A stretch of 64,000 nt of DNA from Bacilli bacterium (GCA_900752975.1 CAADXH010000018.1:46904-110903), one strand, 5' to 3'. Counted from the first letter of the stretch, positions 26,274-37,495 are shown. Notes: generated from the sequence alone by a model not told the origin. Numbers and translations: made by a program.

Positions 26274-29200
26274 GTAAATATATGGAAGATATACGAGGAA
26301 AAGTTGTATCGAATCCAATTAATGAAACAAATACTAAATATGGATATATTGAGAAAGTCGATGGTGTTCGAAATTCTGATTACTATGCTATTGACACTCA
26401 ATATATGTATAATAACAATGAACCTGTAAGTGATTTCGATACTGCTTATTACGATGATTATAGAAATAAAGTAGAAGAGCTTCGTAAGAAAACGGAAAGT
26501 ACTTATGAAGCATTAGAATCTTGCTTAGTTCCAGTTGAGATTCCAGGTATGTCATTTCAACCATTTGAATATGACACTGAAGAATCTGATGAAGGAGAAA
26601 TCATCCAAAAGAAAGTAAAGTCATTTACTTATTTTTTTCAAGACCATTTGTCACCAATCGGATATAAATCTCCTTTAACTGGTGGTGCAGTTAGAGAATT
26701 TGTTTTCAGAACAAATAAGGTTAAATTTATTGATGATCGTCATAGAAGATTAATCTATGATAGAACAATTCATCTTATGAGTCTTAAAGAAGATGAAGAT
26801 AATGATGTTTCTTTTAAGCAAGTTATTCTGAGAACTTTCTTTGATTATTATAATGGAAAATATTATTCTAAGGTAAGAGATTTAGATTCTAATACATATA
26901 CTTATGAACAAATTGCTAGAGCGATTGTAGAAGATATTAAATCTTCTGGAGAAAGTTGTACTGTAATCGATAAAGCTGGTAATGAAAAGAAAGTAGAAAC
27001 AATTGATGATTTTGATTGCAAACTTCTCAGTGGTCAAGATATCGATACTTTGATTCCTAGTAGTTTGTATAATTTATATAATCTTGGTTGGGTTAATGCC
27101 GCATTGATTTTTCTAAACGGATTGTCTATTAGTTGGAATAAAGTATTAATCTCTGTAGATAGTATTGATACATTTATCATTGTATCAAATCTATCTAAAA
27201 CAGGTGCATCTTTTTTAGATGATGACAAAGAAATATATTTAGACTATATTCATATTCCGTTTAAAGTAGCATATTTGATCGGCTCTCTAGACGCTAATAC
27301 GATTGAGTATGATAAGTATATTACTAATGGAAAGATAAATAAACAGATTATTTTTACAATTGATAAACCAACTCTTACAACGAAATTTACACATCTTATG
27401 GATTTGTATTCCAATTCTACTGGATATAACTTTGATAAGATTATTTGTCTTGATGATAATATTCGATTTATGGAATTTACTTTATATGATGGTGATGAAT
27501 CGAATTTAAAAGATGCTGGTATTAATTATACAAAGTCTTTTAGACAGTTCTGTGATAATGATTATAGATGCAAGCTAAAGCAATTTAATTTTTTAGGATT
27601 TGAACTGAATCGATATGACCCAAATGACCAGACAGGTAGAGGTACATTAAAGAATGATGACTTTACAATAACTTGGCATCCATTTAATATTATGGACATT
27701 CGATTTAAGAGATTATTCAATAATCCTAGAATCTTTAAAGTATTCTATAATACAAAAGTATTGTACGATCAAGACAACATCCTACGTATTAAGAATCATG
27801 ATAAGTTAGCAGATGAATATGAAAAGTATCGAAAGGATGTTACTGCAAATATAGAGACTTACCTAAATGAAATCTATATTTTAGCAAAGAAAGATATTGG
27901 TACATATATTGCTACAAATGGAACAATGTACGGATATAAGTATAACTATGTAACACCATATGAATGCTTTATACTTTACAATACGTTAAGAGAATTGAAA
28001 TCTGATACAAAGATATCATTCGATGAATTTAGAAAGATTAATGTATCTGGTATTAAATCTGATTCTAATAAATATAAGACTCAGATAAATCCCAAATTGA
28101 TTGCAAATAAAGATGGTGATTGTGTATGGGTTATTTCAGTAGATGATGAGCAGAAACAATGTCCAGCTGTAAAGATTGTTGAAATTGCTACTGGTGAACA
28201 AGTGTTAGCTGATGTCAACTACGATGAAGCTAAGAATAATATTATTATTACAATGAATAAAGATAGCCAGAATATTCAAGAGAGCCTTTATAAAGTAACA
28301 TTGTATTATGCTGATATTATTAAAGGTTGCCCAGCAATTACTGAAGAAGATGGTACTTGTATTTGGAGAGAAGTTGTAAAAGGAAATGTAACAGCAACTG
28401 CTGTATATGACACAGTAACCAATCAAGTCGTTTTGACAGATATATATTCTGATACGAAAGATGGATTTACATCTATTGTAATTACATTTCATAATACAGG
28501 TAATATTGATAGCGATAGATATAGATTGGTTATTAATATTAATGAATCTGATCAACACAGTGTGTTGAATTATATGAATGGTGGCTTTATCGCTGTTCCT
28601 GTTAATGAAGATAGTATGTTTATGGAGAAGCTTGATGAAAAAGATTTCTATCAAAAGGATGGAACTGTAAATCCAAAATACAAAGACTATCTATTAAATA
28701 TTCTGAATTCAACCAATGCTACAATTCCTGATATTCTTATTCCAATTGATAATGAAATCAGAGATGACCAGACACAACCAAATGATGCTTTCATTAATTA
28801 TGAAGGTGATACAAAGGGAAAGTTATTACCATATACACCAATTATGAAAGAATTTGGTTTAGAACAAGAATATACTGATTTGACATATGACAGTTTAAAA
28901 CTACGATTTGAATTAGCTTATCTTAATAACGTTGAAGAAGGTGCTACGCCAATTGATGAATTTATCTATTACCTTGATAATGATTACTTGATAAATCTTA
29001 ACAAATATCCAGTAGTATTGAATTATCGTTATCGAAAGACAGCTAATATTTTAAACGCAATTGCTAAGAATATATTCAAATACGATCCTAACATGGTTCT
29101 GGATTCTATTATAAAGATGAACTATTCTGCTGACTTTATTATTCCAAAAGAAATAGATAAAACAAGAGAAGATATCATCACAACTTCTAATGAAGAACCA

Positions 29201-30844
29201 CCTACATCAGGATATGATTATATCTATGATCCTAGATTCTATTATAATTATGGATATTATGATAAAGATAATAAACCTCATAGACTTCAGTCTGAATGGG
29301 GATTAAGACGTAATCTTCCAGAAATGTTCTATTGGAGTTTGGATGAAAAAGAATATACATTAGATAGTATGCATTTATTGGATGAAGTATTTAACTTTAC
29401 CTATGACTTCAATCAAACATATGAAGAAAATCTTAAGAATGGTTTAAATTATATTGTAGGGTATGATGCCGATAAACTAGAGCAATCTATCAAACGTAGT
29501 ATTGTTTCTTTCAGTAAAACTGGTGCTGAACTAAAGAAACTGCAATCACAGCATCCTTATAAAAAATATTGTACTTTAGATGGATATAAGATTATGACAT
29601 TTTTAAAGAACAGTAACCAAAAAGTACTGTTTGATAACGTGAAATTACAAGTTGTTTTAAACAAATCTTATGGTAACTTAGCAACAGTTTCAGAATTGTA
29701 TTATATTAGGAATGGAAGAAGAATCCAAATTACACAAGATACATATCTTGAAATGATGTTTAAAGACCAGACTAATCCTACTATAACAAAGAATGCTGCA
29801 TCGAATTCTATTACAGATGTAGATAAGAACTTTAGACAATTGTACACTGATATGAAATATAATAGAGATACCGATTTACTTATGTTCTATAACAATGATG
29901 ATATTGTTATTACAACACAAGTTGATGAAGTGATTGATAATTCTAAATTAGAAATGTCTAGATGGAATATTGGTAAACAATATAACTATGTCATGATATT
30001 TAAGAATAGAGAGTTATATGATAGATATAGTAGTATTCAGTATACAGATATTGCTTTTTCAGTTGATTTCAATTCTGATTATATATTAAACAGTGATGTA
30101 TTTGAATTTGTATTCTTTCTAAATGCAAATAACTCAATAATGAAGAAGATTTGTGAAACAGATGATGACTTATCTATAAATGTTCCTACTTTATATGCTT
30201 CTAATTCTCCTAATAGGATTCGTACTGATAAGTATGGTAATCCTATGGATAAAGGTCTATATGAATCTATAACAGAAAATAAAGATTTTAGCCCAGCAAT
30301 CGCTTGTAATACGAGTTTATTTGATGCTGAGAATGTTCAATTACTCGTTAATATTATGCCAAGTAATAAGGATGATAAATGGACTGTTGATAAAACAGAC
30401 AATACAACTTATGAATTGTCATTTAATGTATTATCATATAAACAATCTGTTACTATGGACACAAATAAAAAGTTCTATGTTCGTTTAACAACAGATACTA
30501 AATTAAATGGTTTATATAGAGTTACAAAACAAGGTGGTGGAGAATATTTCCTAACATTTGATGGTAAAGTCCCAAAGAACGATGGTACTACTGGTGGTGG
30601 TGTACATGTTAAGCCAGGTGGCGGTGGAGGTACTAGTGGAATATCTGGCATCGGACTTATGGCTCTTGCAACACAGAATGTTCGAGAAATTGATTTTTCT
30701 GGAACAATGGAAGAATGGAATAAAATTTCAAAGACTTTACCATGGATTAGAGATGCTACGAACTTAAATAATGGTGGTGGTATCAAATGCAAAGACGGAA
30801 ATATAAAAGTTAAAAAAGAAGAAACACAGAATGGCAGTGTTTAA
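26270..30844 (+). CDS. giant structural protein (1524 aa), probably tail or baseplate, with a Gly-rich C-terminal region
   Basis: Its size, its position next to the LRR protein, and the GGGVHVKPGGGGGTSGISG tract. No enzymatic motif seen. Confidence 0.6.
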   Translation: MSKYMEDIRGKVVSNPINETNTKYGYIEKVDGVRNSDYYAIDTQYMYNNNEPVSDFDTAYYDDYRNKVEELRKKTESTYEALESCLVPVEIPGMSFQPFEYDTEESDEGEIIQKKVKSFTYFFQDHLSPIGYKSPLTGGAVREFVFRTNKVKFIDDRHRRLIYDRTIHLMSLKEDEDNDVSFKQVILRTFFDYYNGKYYSKVRDLDSNTYTYEQIARAIVEDIKSSGESCTVIDKAGNEKKVETIDDFDCKLLSGQDIDTLIPSSLYNLYNLGWVNAALIFLNGLSISWNKVLISVDSIDTFIIVSNLSKTGASFLDDDKEIYLDYIHIPFKVAYLIGSLDANTIEYDKYITNGKINKQIIFTIDKPTLTTKFTHLMDLYSNSTGYNFDKIICLDDNIRFMEFTLYDGDESNLKDAGINYTKSFRQFCDNDYRCKLKQFNFLGFELNRYDPNDQTGRGTLKNDDFTITWHPFNIMDIRFKRLFNNPRIFKVFYNTKVLYDQDNILRIKNHDKLADEYEKYRKDVTANIETYLNEIYILAKKDIGTYIATNGTMYGYKYNYVTPYECFILYNTLRELKSDTKISFDEFRKINVSGIKSDSNKYKTQINPKLIANKDGDCVWVISVDDEQKQCPAVKIVEIATGEQVLADVNYDEAKNNIIITMNKDSQNIQESLYKVTLYYADIIKGCPAITEEDGTCIWREVVKGNVTATAVYDTVTNQVVLTDIYSDTKDGFTSIVITFHNTGNIDSDRYRLVININESDQHSVLNYMNGGFIAVPVNEDSMFMEKLDEKDFYQKDGTVNPKYKDYLLNILNSTNATIPDILIPIDNEIRDDQTQPNDAFINYEGDTKGKLLPYTPIMKEFGLEQEYTDLTYDSLKLRFELAYLNNVEEGATPIDEFIYYLDNDYLINLNKYPVVLNYRYRKTANILNAIAKNIFKYDPNMVLDSIIKMNYSADFIIPKEIDKTREDIITTSNEEPPTSGYDYIYDPRFYYNYGYYDKDNKPHRLQSEWGLRRNLPEMFYWSLDEKEYTLDSMHLLDEVFNFTYDFNQTYEENLKNGLNYIVGYDADKLEQSIKRSIVSFSKTGAELKKLQSQHPYKKYCTLDGYKIMTFLKNSNQKVLFDNVKLQVVLNKSYGNLATVSELYYIRNGRRIQITQDTYLEMMFKDQTNPTITKNAASNSITDVDKNFRQLYTDMKYNRDTDLLMFYNNDDIVITTQVDEVIDNSKLEMSRWNIGKQYNYVMIFKNRELYDRYSSIQYTDIAFSVDFNSDYILNSDVFEFVFFLNANNSIMKKICETDDDLSINVPTLYASNSPNRIRTDKYGNPMDKGLYESITENKDFSPAIACNTSLFDAENVQLLVNIMPSNKDDKWTVDKTDNTTYELSFNVLSYKQSVTMDTNKKFYVRLTTDTKLNGLYRVTKQGGGEYFLTFDGKVPKNDGTTGGGVHVKPGGGGGTSGISGIGLMALATQNVREIDFSGTMEEWNKISKTLPWIRDATNLNNGGGIKCKDGNIKVKKEETQNGSV

Positions 30845-30861
30845 GAAAGGAGGGATGTTAA

Positions 30862-32661
30862 ATGCAAATGTTATATTGTGGTCTTACTGATTTTAGTACA
30901 GTTGTAAGAAATGACCCTCAGATTACGATATATGGCGATGAATCCAATTCTACTATAAGAAAAAACTTCATAGAAAATCTTGCTAAATGTTTAAACTCAT
31001 TATCAATAATTGAATTAAAAGAAATAACTGTTATTGAAGATTATGCATTATCCAATCTTCAAGTAAGCAAGTTTAAATTGATTCTTCCTGATACATTAAT
31101 AACAATTGGCAAGTATGCTTTTCAGAATTGTACAGCGATGAACGATATTGTAATTCCTGCTTCTGTAACTGAAATTGGTGAAGGTGCTTTTTATGGATGC
31201 AATTCTCTTAATAATATTTATTTTAAAGAAGATACTAAGATCACTTATATTCCAGAATTGTTCTGTTCTGGTGGTGGACTTAACACAGTTGGTATCGAAT
31301 ATAAAAACGGAACAAGAACTGTTCATGATACAATAGAATTTCCAAAATCAATTACTAAAATTAATAACAATGCTTTTTATAATTGTGGTTCTATGGGTCA
31401 TACTTGTATTATTGGAGATAATATAACAACAATTGGCGACTATGCCTTTTACGGTACTACGATTGATGTATTTAAAATAGGTACTGGTATTAACACAGGT
31501 TCTGACCAAAAGACAGAAGATTTTAATGATGGTAATTATGATACAGATAGAGATATTAAAACTCCATATGTTTTATACCTATCTTCTAAACGTCAGTTCA
31601 GATATAAACATTTTGTCGCTGCAGAAGATATGGATGCTGGTACAATCTATTTACTAAATAAGAAAGAATATGAAGTACCGAATGAAAAGACATATGTATA
31701 TAAAACCGATGATGATGATTTTAAATTCTGTTTAAAGAATTCTCATTTGCTAATCTTTAAGAATGGTCTCCTCTTACCAAAATCATATTATTATCTCCAT
31801 TCTATTATCAATACTCCTATTACAGACGTTGGTGTTGTATTTAACGTATCAATTAAAACAGGAGATATTATTGATATCTTCTATGTTACTAACGACTTAT
31901 TCCATATAGATACAGAGTATTATGATGAGAAAACAAAAGAGCGTTATATCACAAATGGTGATATAGAATTGAGTAAGAATGAAGATGAATATAGAGTAAT
32001 GGGTAATGAACTTTATGAAAATAGTAATACACGAACAAACTATATTAAAATGCATTCTCCTTTATATGGTATTTCTAGTAAGCATTCAGTCTTTGTATTC
32101 TTAAACGGTAAGAAGATTAGATTAGATGAATTAGAAGATATATCTGATACGATTATGAGCATTAAAACAGATTACTCTGTATATAATCCAGAAATCAATG
32201 CAGGAATACTAGAAGTATTAAACCATCTAGATACACAAGATATCATTGAACAAGTGTATATTAATGATGGTTTACATCCTGATAATAATGAATCAGCAAA
32301 AAATCAATTTACTAGTACAACCAATCAGAATATCTTTAGAAATACAAGATTAGTAAGATCAATAGATTTAACAAAGTTAGAGTCATATGCTGAACGTACT
32401 TTGTTAGATAAAATATTAAATGATTTATCTGATGAGAATCTCAATAAATTATTCTATAATTATGACACAGCGAAAGGTCCAATGACTATGTATCGAAAAG
32501 CCAGTATTAATGAGCCAGATTTTATTAATAGAAATTCTGTAATCACGAGTATTGTAGATAAATACTATACAACAAACGGTACATCTTATATTGATGATAA
32601 AGCAGCACTATTTTCTACAGAATCTACAGATAAAGAAGTTATTGAAACAGATACAGAATAA
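30862..32661 (+). CDS. BspA-type leucine-rich-repeat protein, a candidate receptor-binding or adhesin protein
   Basis: Repeats such as IPASVTEIGEGAFYGCNSL, ITKINNNAFYNCGSM and IGDYAFYGT. RBS AGGAGG. Confidence 0.6.
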   Translation: MQMLYCGLTDFSTVVRNDPQITIYGDESNSTIRKNFIENLAKCLNSLSIIELKEITVIEDYALSNLQVSKFKLILPDTLITIGKYAFQNCTAMNDIVIPASVTEIGEGAFYGCNSLNNIYFKEDTKITYIPELFCSGGGLNTVGIEYKNGTRTVHDTIEFPKSITKINNNAFYNCGSMGHTCIIGDNITTIGDYAFYGTTIDVFKIGTGINTGSDQKTEDFNDGNYDTDRDIKTPYVLYLSSKRQFRYKHFVAAEDMDAGTIYLLNKKEYEVPNEKTYVYKTDDDDFKFCLKNSHLLIFKNGLLLPKSYYYLHSIINTPITDVGVVFNVSIKTGDIIDIFYVTNDLFHIDTEYYDEKTKERYITNGDIELSKNEDEYRVMGNELYENSNTRTNYIKMHSPLYGISSKHSVFVFLNGKKIRLDELEDISDTIMSIKTDYSVYNPEINAGILEVLNHLDTQDIIEQVYINDGLHPDNNESAKNQFTSTTNQNIFRNTRLVRSIDLTKLESYAERTLLDKILNDLSDENLNKLFYNYDTAKGPMTMYRKASINEPDFINRNSVITSIVDKYYTTNGTSYIDDKAALFSTESTDKEVIETDTE

Positions 32662-32754
32662 AATTGAGGGGATAGTTCGACTATCCCCTCGTTCATTTAT
32701 TACCAACAATTTAATAATACCTATGAGTATTGATATACTCGGAAAGGAGTAAAT

Positions 32755-33567
32755 ATGACTACTACAATGGTTACTGAGACATCTAGCTATACAGAACAAA
32801 TCAAAGAATATACTGATTTGATTCATACTTATGGTGCTTCAGCTGTTATCATTGCTGTTTTTCTAATAATCTTATTAATGGTGGTTGCTTATATCTTAAA
32901 GAACAATCAGAAGACTAATAATCATATTATTGAACAGCAACAAGAGCTTGTTGATATGCTTTTGAAAAATTCTAAAGAAGAGGAGGTGAAAAAAGATGTA
33001 CCAAAACAAATTACGAGGAAAGAACCTGATTTAGTTCAGGTATTTCTAAGCATCAATTCTAGTTTGAAAGAAGTATTGAGAGATTTGTCTGATACAATTG
33101 ATGCTAGTAGAGTTGCAATTTATGTGTTTCATAATGGTGTTTATAGTTCTCATGGATTACCCTTTTTTAAAACGTCGTGTATATGTGAAGTTGTAAAAAA
33201 GAATTCCGGTGTTGTAAAGAATATTAAACCACATACAGGTTTACCATTACAGATGTTTGATAATAGCATATCCTATATTTATAAAAATGGTAAAATGAGT
33301 GTCCTTGATTCTAATGATGAAACAGATGAATTGGTACATGATTCTCCGGTGTTAATTGGTATGTTGCGGGGTAATAATATTCGGTCAGCTAGTGCAATTG
33401 CAGTATATGACCATGATAATAATGTTCTAGGGATCATCATGGCAGAGTTTACAGATGTACATGATAAGGAGTTCTTGATAAATGTTGAATCTAAGCTTAT
33501 TGAAAAAGCACCTACATTATCTCCTATTCTTGAATATTCTGGTATTTATAATACAACTAATAAATAA
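32755..33567 (+). CDS. membrane-anchored protein (N-terminal TM helix) with a possible GAF-like domain
   Basis: Hydrophobic segment ASAVIIAVFLIILLMVVAYIL. The GAF-like fold is a guess from secondary-structure-like patterning only. Confidence 0.45.
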   Translation: MTTTMVTETSSYTEQIKEYTDLIHTYGASAVIIAVFLIILLMVVAYILKNNQKTNNHIIEQQQELVDMLLKNSKEEEVKKDVPKQITRKEPDLVQVFLSINSSLKEVLRDLSDTIDASRVAIYVFHNGVYSSHGLPFFKTSCICEVVKKNSGVVKNIKPHTGLPLQMFDNSISYIYKNGKMSVLDSNDETDELVHDSPVLIGMLRGNNIRSASAIAVYDHDNNVLGIIMAEFTDVHDKEFLINVESKLIEKAPTLSPILEYSGIYNTTNK

Positions 33568-33597
33568 GGTATACCTCCATAGTTTTCCAATAGAATA

Positions 33598-33630
33598 GAC
33601 TCCATACCATTCACGGTATGGAGTCAATTG
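33598..33630. terminator. bidirectional hairpin terminator between convergent genes
   Basis: gactccataccat/ggtatggagtc stem. Confidence 0.6.
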
Positions 33631-33631
33631 T

Positions 33632-34027
33632 TTATTCTTTCTTTCCCTGGTCTGTATCAGAAGACGAAGGATCATCTTTAGTACTAGTTGTTTTATCATC
33701 ATATACAACAATAAGACGATTATCATCAATAATTGTAGTTGGTTCTACACTTACAACTTTCAATCCTTCTAGAGCTTTATCGATTACTTTAGCAGCTTCT
33801 TTTGTATCGTTAATAGAGAACGGTACAATTTTAACCTGTGGCTTTGTTACTGTAGATGTAGAATCATCATATAGAACTACTGCAACAGTATTAGAACTAG
33901 TAGCAGTCATCTTAATAGAAGAAAACTTTTCTACTGTCTTAAGTTTTTCATTAACCTGCTTTTCAATTTCTGTGACATCAGCACGACCAATATTAATAAC
34001 AAGACTTTTCATATATATTACCTCCAT
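33632..34027 (-). CDS. hypothetical protein (131 aa) with an internal duplication
   Basis: Two similar halves (VAVVLYDDSTSTVTKP and LIVVYDDKTTSTKDDP). RBS GGAGG. Confidence 0.5.
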   Translation of the reverse strand: MEVIYMKSLVINIGRADVTEIEKQVNEKLKTVEKFSSIKMTATSSNTVAVVLYDDSTSTVTKPQVKIVPFSINDTKEAAKVIDKALEGLKVVSVEPTTIIDDNRLIVVYDDKTTSTKDDPSSSDTDQGKKE

Positions 34028-34542
34028 TATTTAAATAAAATAATTAAGTTCTTATCATCTAGCATGAAACTATCATACGGTTCTAAATCCCAAGAATCAT
34101 CTTTATCTAATCTTTCAAAGAAGTCAGTTAATTTTCTAGAACCAATATATGCATCCGCTGGATTTGGAACAATCTTAACTCTTGGATTAGTACCAGCTTT
34201 GTATTCGAAAAGAATAATATACATAAATTCAGAAGGATGACAAATAGAAATAAAGGACTTACTATCTTCATCCATCGCCTTTAATTCTTCATTAATAATC
34301 TCTTCTGTCTTAAGCATATTTTGAGAACCTCTAATAACTCTTACACCAATTTCCGGCGTTTCGCTACCAGCAGTTTCTTCTTTATCGGCTACAAGCATAT
34401 ACTTACTATCATCTAAAGCTTTGATAAGATCAGCTAACCAAGTAACTGAAGAATCCTTACCAATTCTATAAATAGCATCATTGATTACTTTTTCATTTTC
34501 GTCTTCATATCTAGACATAGGGATTAAATATACTTGCTTCAT
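34027..34542 (-). CDS. hypothetical protein (171 aa)
   Basis: RBS AAGGAGGG. Confidence 0.5.
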   Translation of the reverse strand: MKQVYLIPMSRYEDENEKVINDAIYRIGKDSSVTWLADLIKALDDSKYMLVADKEETAGSETPEIGVRVIRGSQNMLKTEEIINEELKAMDEDSKSFISICHPSEFMYIILFEYKAGTNPRVKIVPNPADAYIGSRKLTDFFERLDKDDSWDLEPYDSFMLDDKNLIILFK

Positions 34543-34604
34543 TAAGACTTTACCCTCCTTAAATAACAGCTATCATCTTTTATTATAAAGTTTTGACAAA
34601 AAAA

Positions 34605-34640
34605 TAAAAAGGCTCTCTTATAGCATATGCTATAAGAGAA
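34605..34640 (-). terminator. hairpin terminator (palindrome ctcttatagcatatgctataagag)
   Basis: A perfect palindrome followed on the minus strand by a T-run. Confidence 0.55.
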
Positions 34641-34670
34641 CCAAAGTTATTTTAAGAACATAGTAAATTA

Positions 34671-35564
34671 TCAGTTTTCTGTATACCAAATTTCATCTGT
34701 TAAAGAGTGTTTTTCAAAGAATTCTCGTTCATTCCATTTATATATTTCACCGTGCGAATATGCACCAATAAATCTAAATTGTTCTGTATGGCCAACATCA
34801 TTATCTGCTTTATTAGATGATACTAATTCAATTATCTTTAAATATTTAATCCCATATTCTTCCAACGCACTACTATAGATTTTCTTTCCGTCTTTAAGAT
34901 ATTTAGAAGCTTGAATAAAATCTACTAATAACTTACAGTCATTACTTTTTTGTTTTACTTGTTTTTTAACACACCAATCTTTGGCTTCAATATCTTCAAG
35001 TTGTAAATAGAAATCGTTTACAGGACCTTCTTTAAGTTCTTTATCGTTACCTTCTTCTTTCCATTTCTTTCTGAAAATAGTTTTTCCTTCATGGAAATAC
35101 ATCAGTGTAAGGTTTAAACTTAAAGACTCATCGATGATAATATCAATTGGCTTGTCATCTTCGGAAATTATATGCCAAATAATAGGCTTTCTAGAAAGAT
35201 TCCATTCACCATTGAATTCTAAATCTACAACATGATAACGGAATTCAGAAAAATTATGATCACAATATACATAGTAATTTTTTGTTAGCACATCAAATAT
35301 ATCATCATTCATAATTTGAAATTTATTATTACCCAATGCAATAACAATGAAGAATTCTTTATTACGATTTGATTTAGCTTTTGTATAATTTGGACGTTTA
35401 GAAGAGAACGGAATACTATATTTCGGTAAATCTTCTCTAAAGCATCCAACTATATATTCACACGAAATAATCTTATCCAGAAAATCTGAATGCAATTTTT
35501 TATTGTTTCCGGCTGGAGCTGGATCTAAAAACTTCTCTACTAGCTTTTTAAAATTGTAACACAT
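34671..35564 (-). CDS. hypothetical protein (297 aa)
   Basis: RBS AAAGGAG. Confidence 0.5.
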   Translation of the reverse strand: MCYNFKKLVEKFLDPAPAGNNKKLHSDFLDKIISCEYIVGCFREDLPKYSIPFSSKRPNYTKAKSNRNKEFFIVIALGNNKFQIMNDDIFDVLTKNYYVYCDHNFSEFRYHVVDLEFNGEWNLSRKPIIWHIISEDDKPIDIIIDESLSLNLTLMYFHEGKTIFRKKWKEEGNDKELKEGPVNDFYLQLEDIEAKDWCVKKQVKQKSNDCKLLVDFIQASKYLKDGKKIYSSALEEYGIKYLKIIELVSSNKADNDVGHTEQFRFIGAYSHGEIYKWNEREFFEKHSLTDEIWYTEN

Positions 35565-35578
35565 AATTCATAACTCCT

Positions 35579-36301
35579 TTACAGCATATCTATGTTATAA
35601 GTTTCACCATCATCATATTCATACCATATCTTCTCATCAGATAGTAAATCACTAGTAGTAAATGCATAAGGCGTAGAAGAAATGATAGCATTACCACCAA
35701 AATACATTTTAAAGTATTGTGTTTCATCCTTTGCAAGAAAGATAAATTTGAATAATCTTCTTGGATTTTTCGTTGAAATTAATTTACCTTGCTTTAGTAA
35801 CTTTATAGCTTCCAATGCTGTCATTGGTTCACCAACTAGAACATTCTTCTTAGGTTTGGTTTCTTCTTCTTTTTGATAGAATTGCTCAATTGTTTCAGAG
35901 AAATGGTCAAGTATATTAATTATAGCTTTATTAGGATTAACAAATTCAAAATCTGTTTCAAGCCATTCTATTAGATTCTTTCGATCAGTAGACCCAAATC
36001 CAATATCATACTCATCCTTACCAACTTCTAGATACTTGATTTCATAATAAGGTTTTGTTTTATCACCCATATCAATTAACCTAGAAACGATATAAGCATC
36101 TTCGACTAGAAATAGATGGTCTTTGTCCTTCTTCCGCTTGAACTTGTCAAATAACGATACTTTAGTATTGTCTATAAATGTATCCTCCTGTAAAATATTT
36201 TTACTATTCTGTTTTTGATTCATTAAACTTTGAATCTGAGGATTAACATTATTTAAGTCTCCATTACTTTTTAAAATTTCTAACAGATTATCATTGTCCA
36301 T
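35579..36301 (-). CDS. hypothetical protein (240 aa)
   Basis: RBS AAAGGAG. Confidence 0.5.
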   Translation of the reverse strand: MDNDNLLEILKSNGDLNNVNPQIQSLMNQKQNSKNILQEDTFIDNTKVSLFDKFKRKKDKDHLFLVEDAYIVSRLIDMGDKTKPYYEIKYLEVGKDEYDIGFGSTDRKNLIEWLETDFEFVNPNKAIINILDHFSETIEQFYQKEEETKPKKNVLVGEPMTALEAIKLLKQGKLISTKNPRRLFKFIFLAKDETQYFKMYFGGNAIISSTPYAFTTSDLLSDEKIWYEYDDGETYNIDML

Positions 36302-36342
36302 TTATAAATATTCTCCTTTTATTCGTTATATAATAACAATCA

Positions 36343-36720
36343 TTAAAGTTCACCACAAATATCAAACCTCTCATTGTCTTCTTTTGAAAACGCAATTATC
36401 CAATCGTTTGCTAAAATATCTTGATCTGTCATAAGATAATCAACAGTAACACCATATCTACGAATTACTTCAAAAGTATTTTTATTTTTTATAAATTTTA
36501 AAAACTTATCTCTATTCCAAGCTTTTCTAGTACAAATATATCCTTTCTTTAAAAATCTTAATATAACATCAAATTCAACTCCTATAGGTTCATAATCTTT
36601 TATAGTATAACGCTCTGTTGCTACGATAACTGGTGGAGAAGGAAAATCAGATTTATGATTTAATATCATATTAGCAAGTTCATCACTATAAGGTATATAT
36701 TTAAAGTTCATATTCAACAC
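36343..36720 (-). CDS. hypothetical protein (125 aa)
   Basis: RBS AGGTG. Confidence 0.45.
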   Translation of the reverse strand: MLNMNFKYIPYSDELANMILNHKSDFPSPPVIVATERYTIKDYEPIGVEFDVILRFLKKGYICTRKAWNRDKFLKFIKNKNTFEVIRRYGVTVDYLMTDQDILANDWIIAFSKEDNERFDICGEL

Positions 36721-36742
36721 CTGACCTTTTCTTTTTATAAAA

Positions 36743-36778
36743 AGTCCTAGAGATTGTGTTTTGAAATTCTCTAGGACT
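36743..36778 (-). terminator. strong hairpin (11-bp perfect stem agtcctagaga/tctctaggact) downstream of the HNH gene
   Basis: Read directly. Confidence 0.55.
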
Positions 36779-36781
36779 CTC

Positions 36782-37495
36782 TTAATAATATAATTCTTTA
36801 ATTACATATTTATCTTCTTGAAATACAAACATCTGATTTTTGAACCAGAATCTCCAGCCGCCGCCAGTTGTTGCTTGTACGCCTCTAAGACAATCTGAAA
36901 TATGTCTAGATTCTAATCCATGGTTAGCCGCAAACATAGTTTGATTATTTGTAAGGTAAATTTCACCAGTAGGCGACACTGCGTAAAATTCTTTAACCAT
37001 TCTCGAATTTCTAGTCTGTCTTGTTGGAGTGGTCCATCTAAGATTTCCTCTAACATATCCGACATTATTATTGATTCTATCCAAAGATACTCTTTCTCCA
37101 GCATAATGATTTTTAGCATATAAGTATTTTCCATACTCATCATCATAGAAATCTACAAATGCATCGTAATCTGTGGTCAATCCTCTGCCTCCATAATTAT
37201 AATAGTATTCACTATTAGGATTATAAATACGATTTTTCATATGTACCCATACATCATAAAATTTAGGATCTTGTTGTTTTAATCCAAATCCACAAGCAAC
37301 CTCATGTAGTGAACAATTTTGTCTATCCCTAAGATTGCCTTCGTAAATATCTTTTTCTCTTCCACATTTTAAGCATCTGCAGGTTAACATTCTTCTATTG
37401 TTAACAACATCTCTTTTTGAAGAGATAACCTCCATGTCATTAATAACATCTCCTGGTTTAATTTCTTTGAACTTTCTAGACATAATTAAAACCAC
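36782..37495 (-). CDS. HNH homing endonuclease with an N-terminal zinc-finger-like region
   Basis: HNH_3-type motif SLDRINNNVGYVRGNLRWTTP and a Cys cluster CRCLKCG...C..H..C. Confidence 0.7.
   Translation of the reverse strand: MVLIMSRKFKEIKPGDVINDMEVISSKRDVVNNRRMLTCRCLKCGREKDIYEGNLRDRQNCSLHEVACGFGLKQQDPKFYDVWVHMKNRIYNPNSEYYYNYGGRGLTTDYDAFVDFYDDEYGKYLYAKNHYAGERVSLDRINNNVGYVRGNLRWTTPTRQTRNSRMVKEFYAVSPTGEIYLTNNQTMFAANHGLESRHISDCLRGVQATTGGGWRFWFKNQMFVFQEDKYVIKELYY

Noticed and set aside
27034-28654. Minus-strand ORFs (64 aa and 149 aa) inside the 1524-aa gene
   Set aside because: Antisense, I/N/F-rich compositional artefacts.
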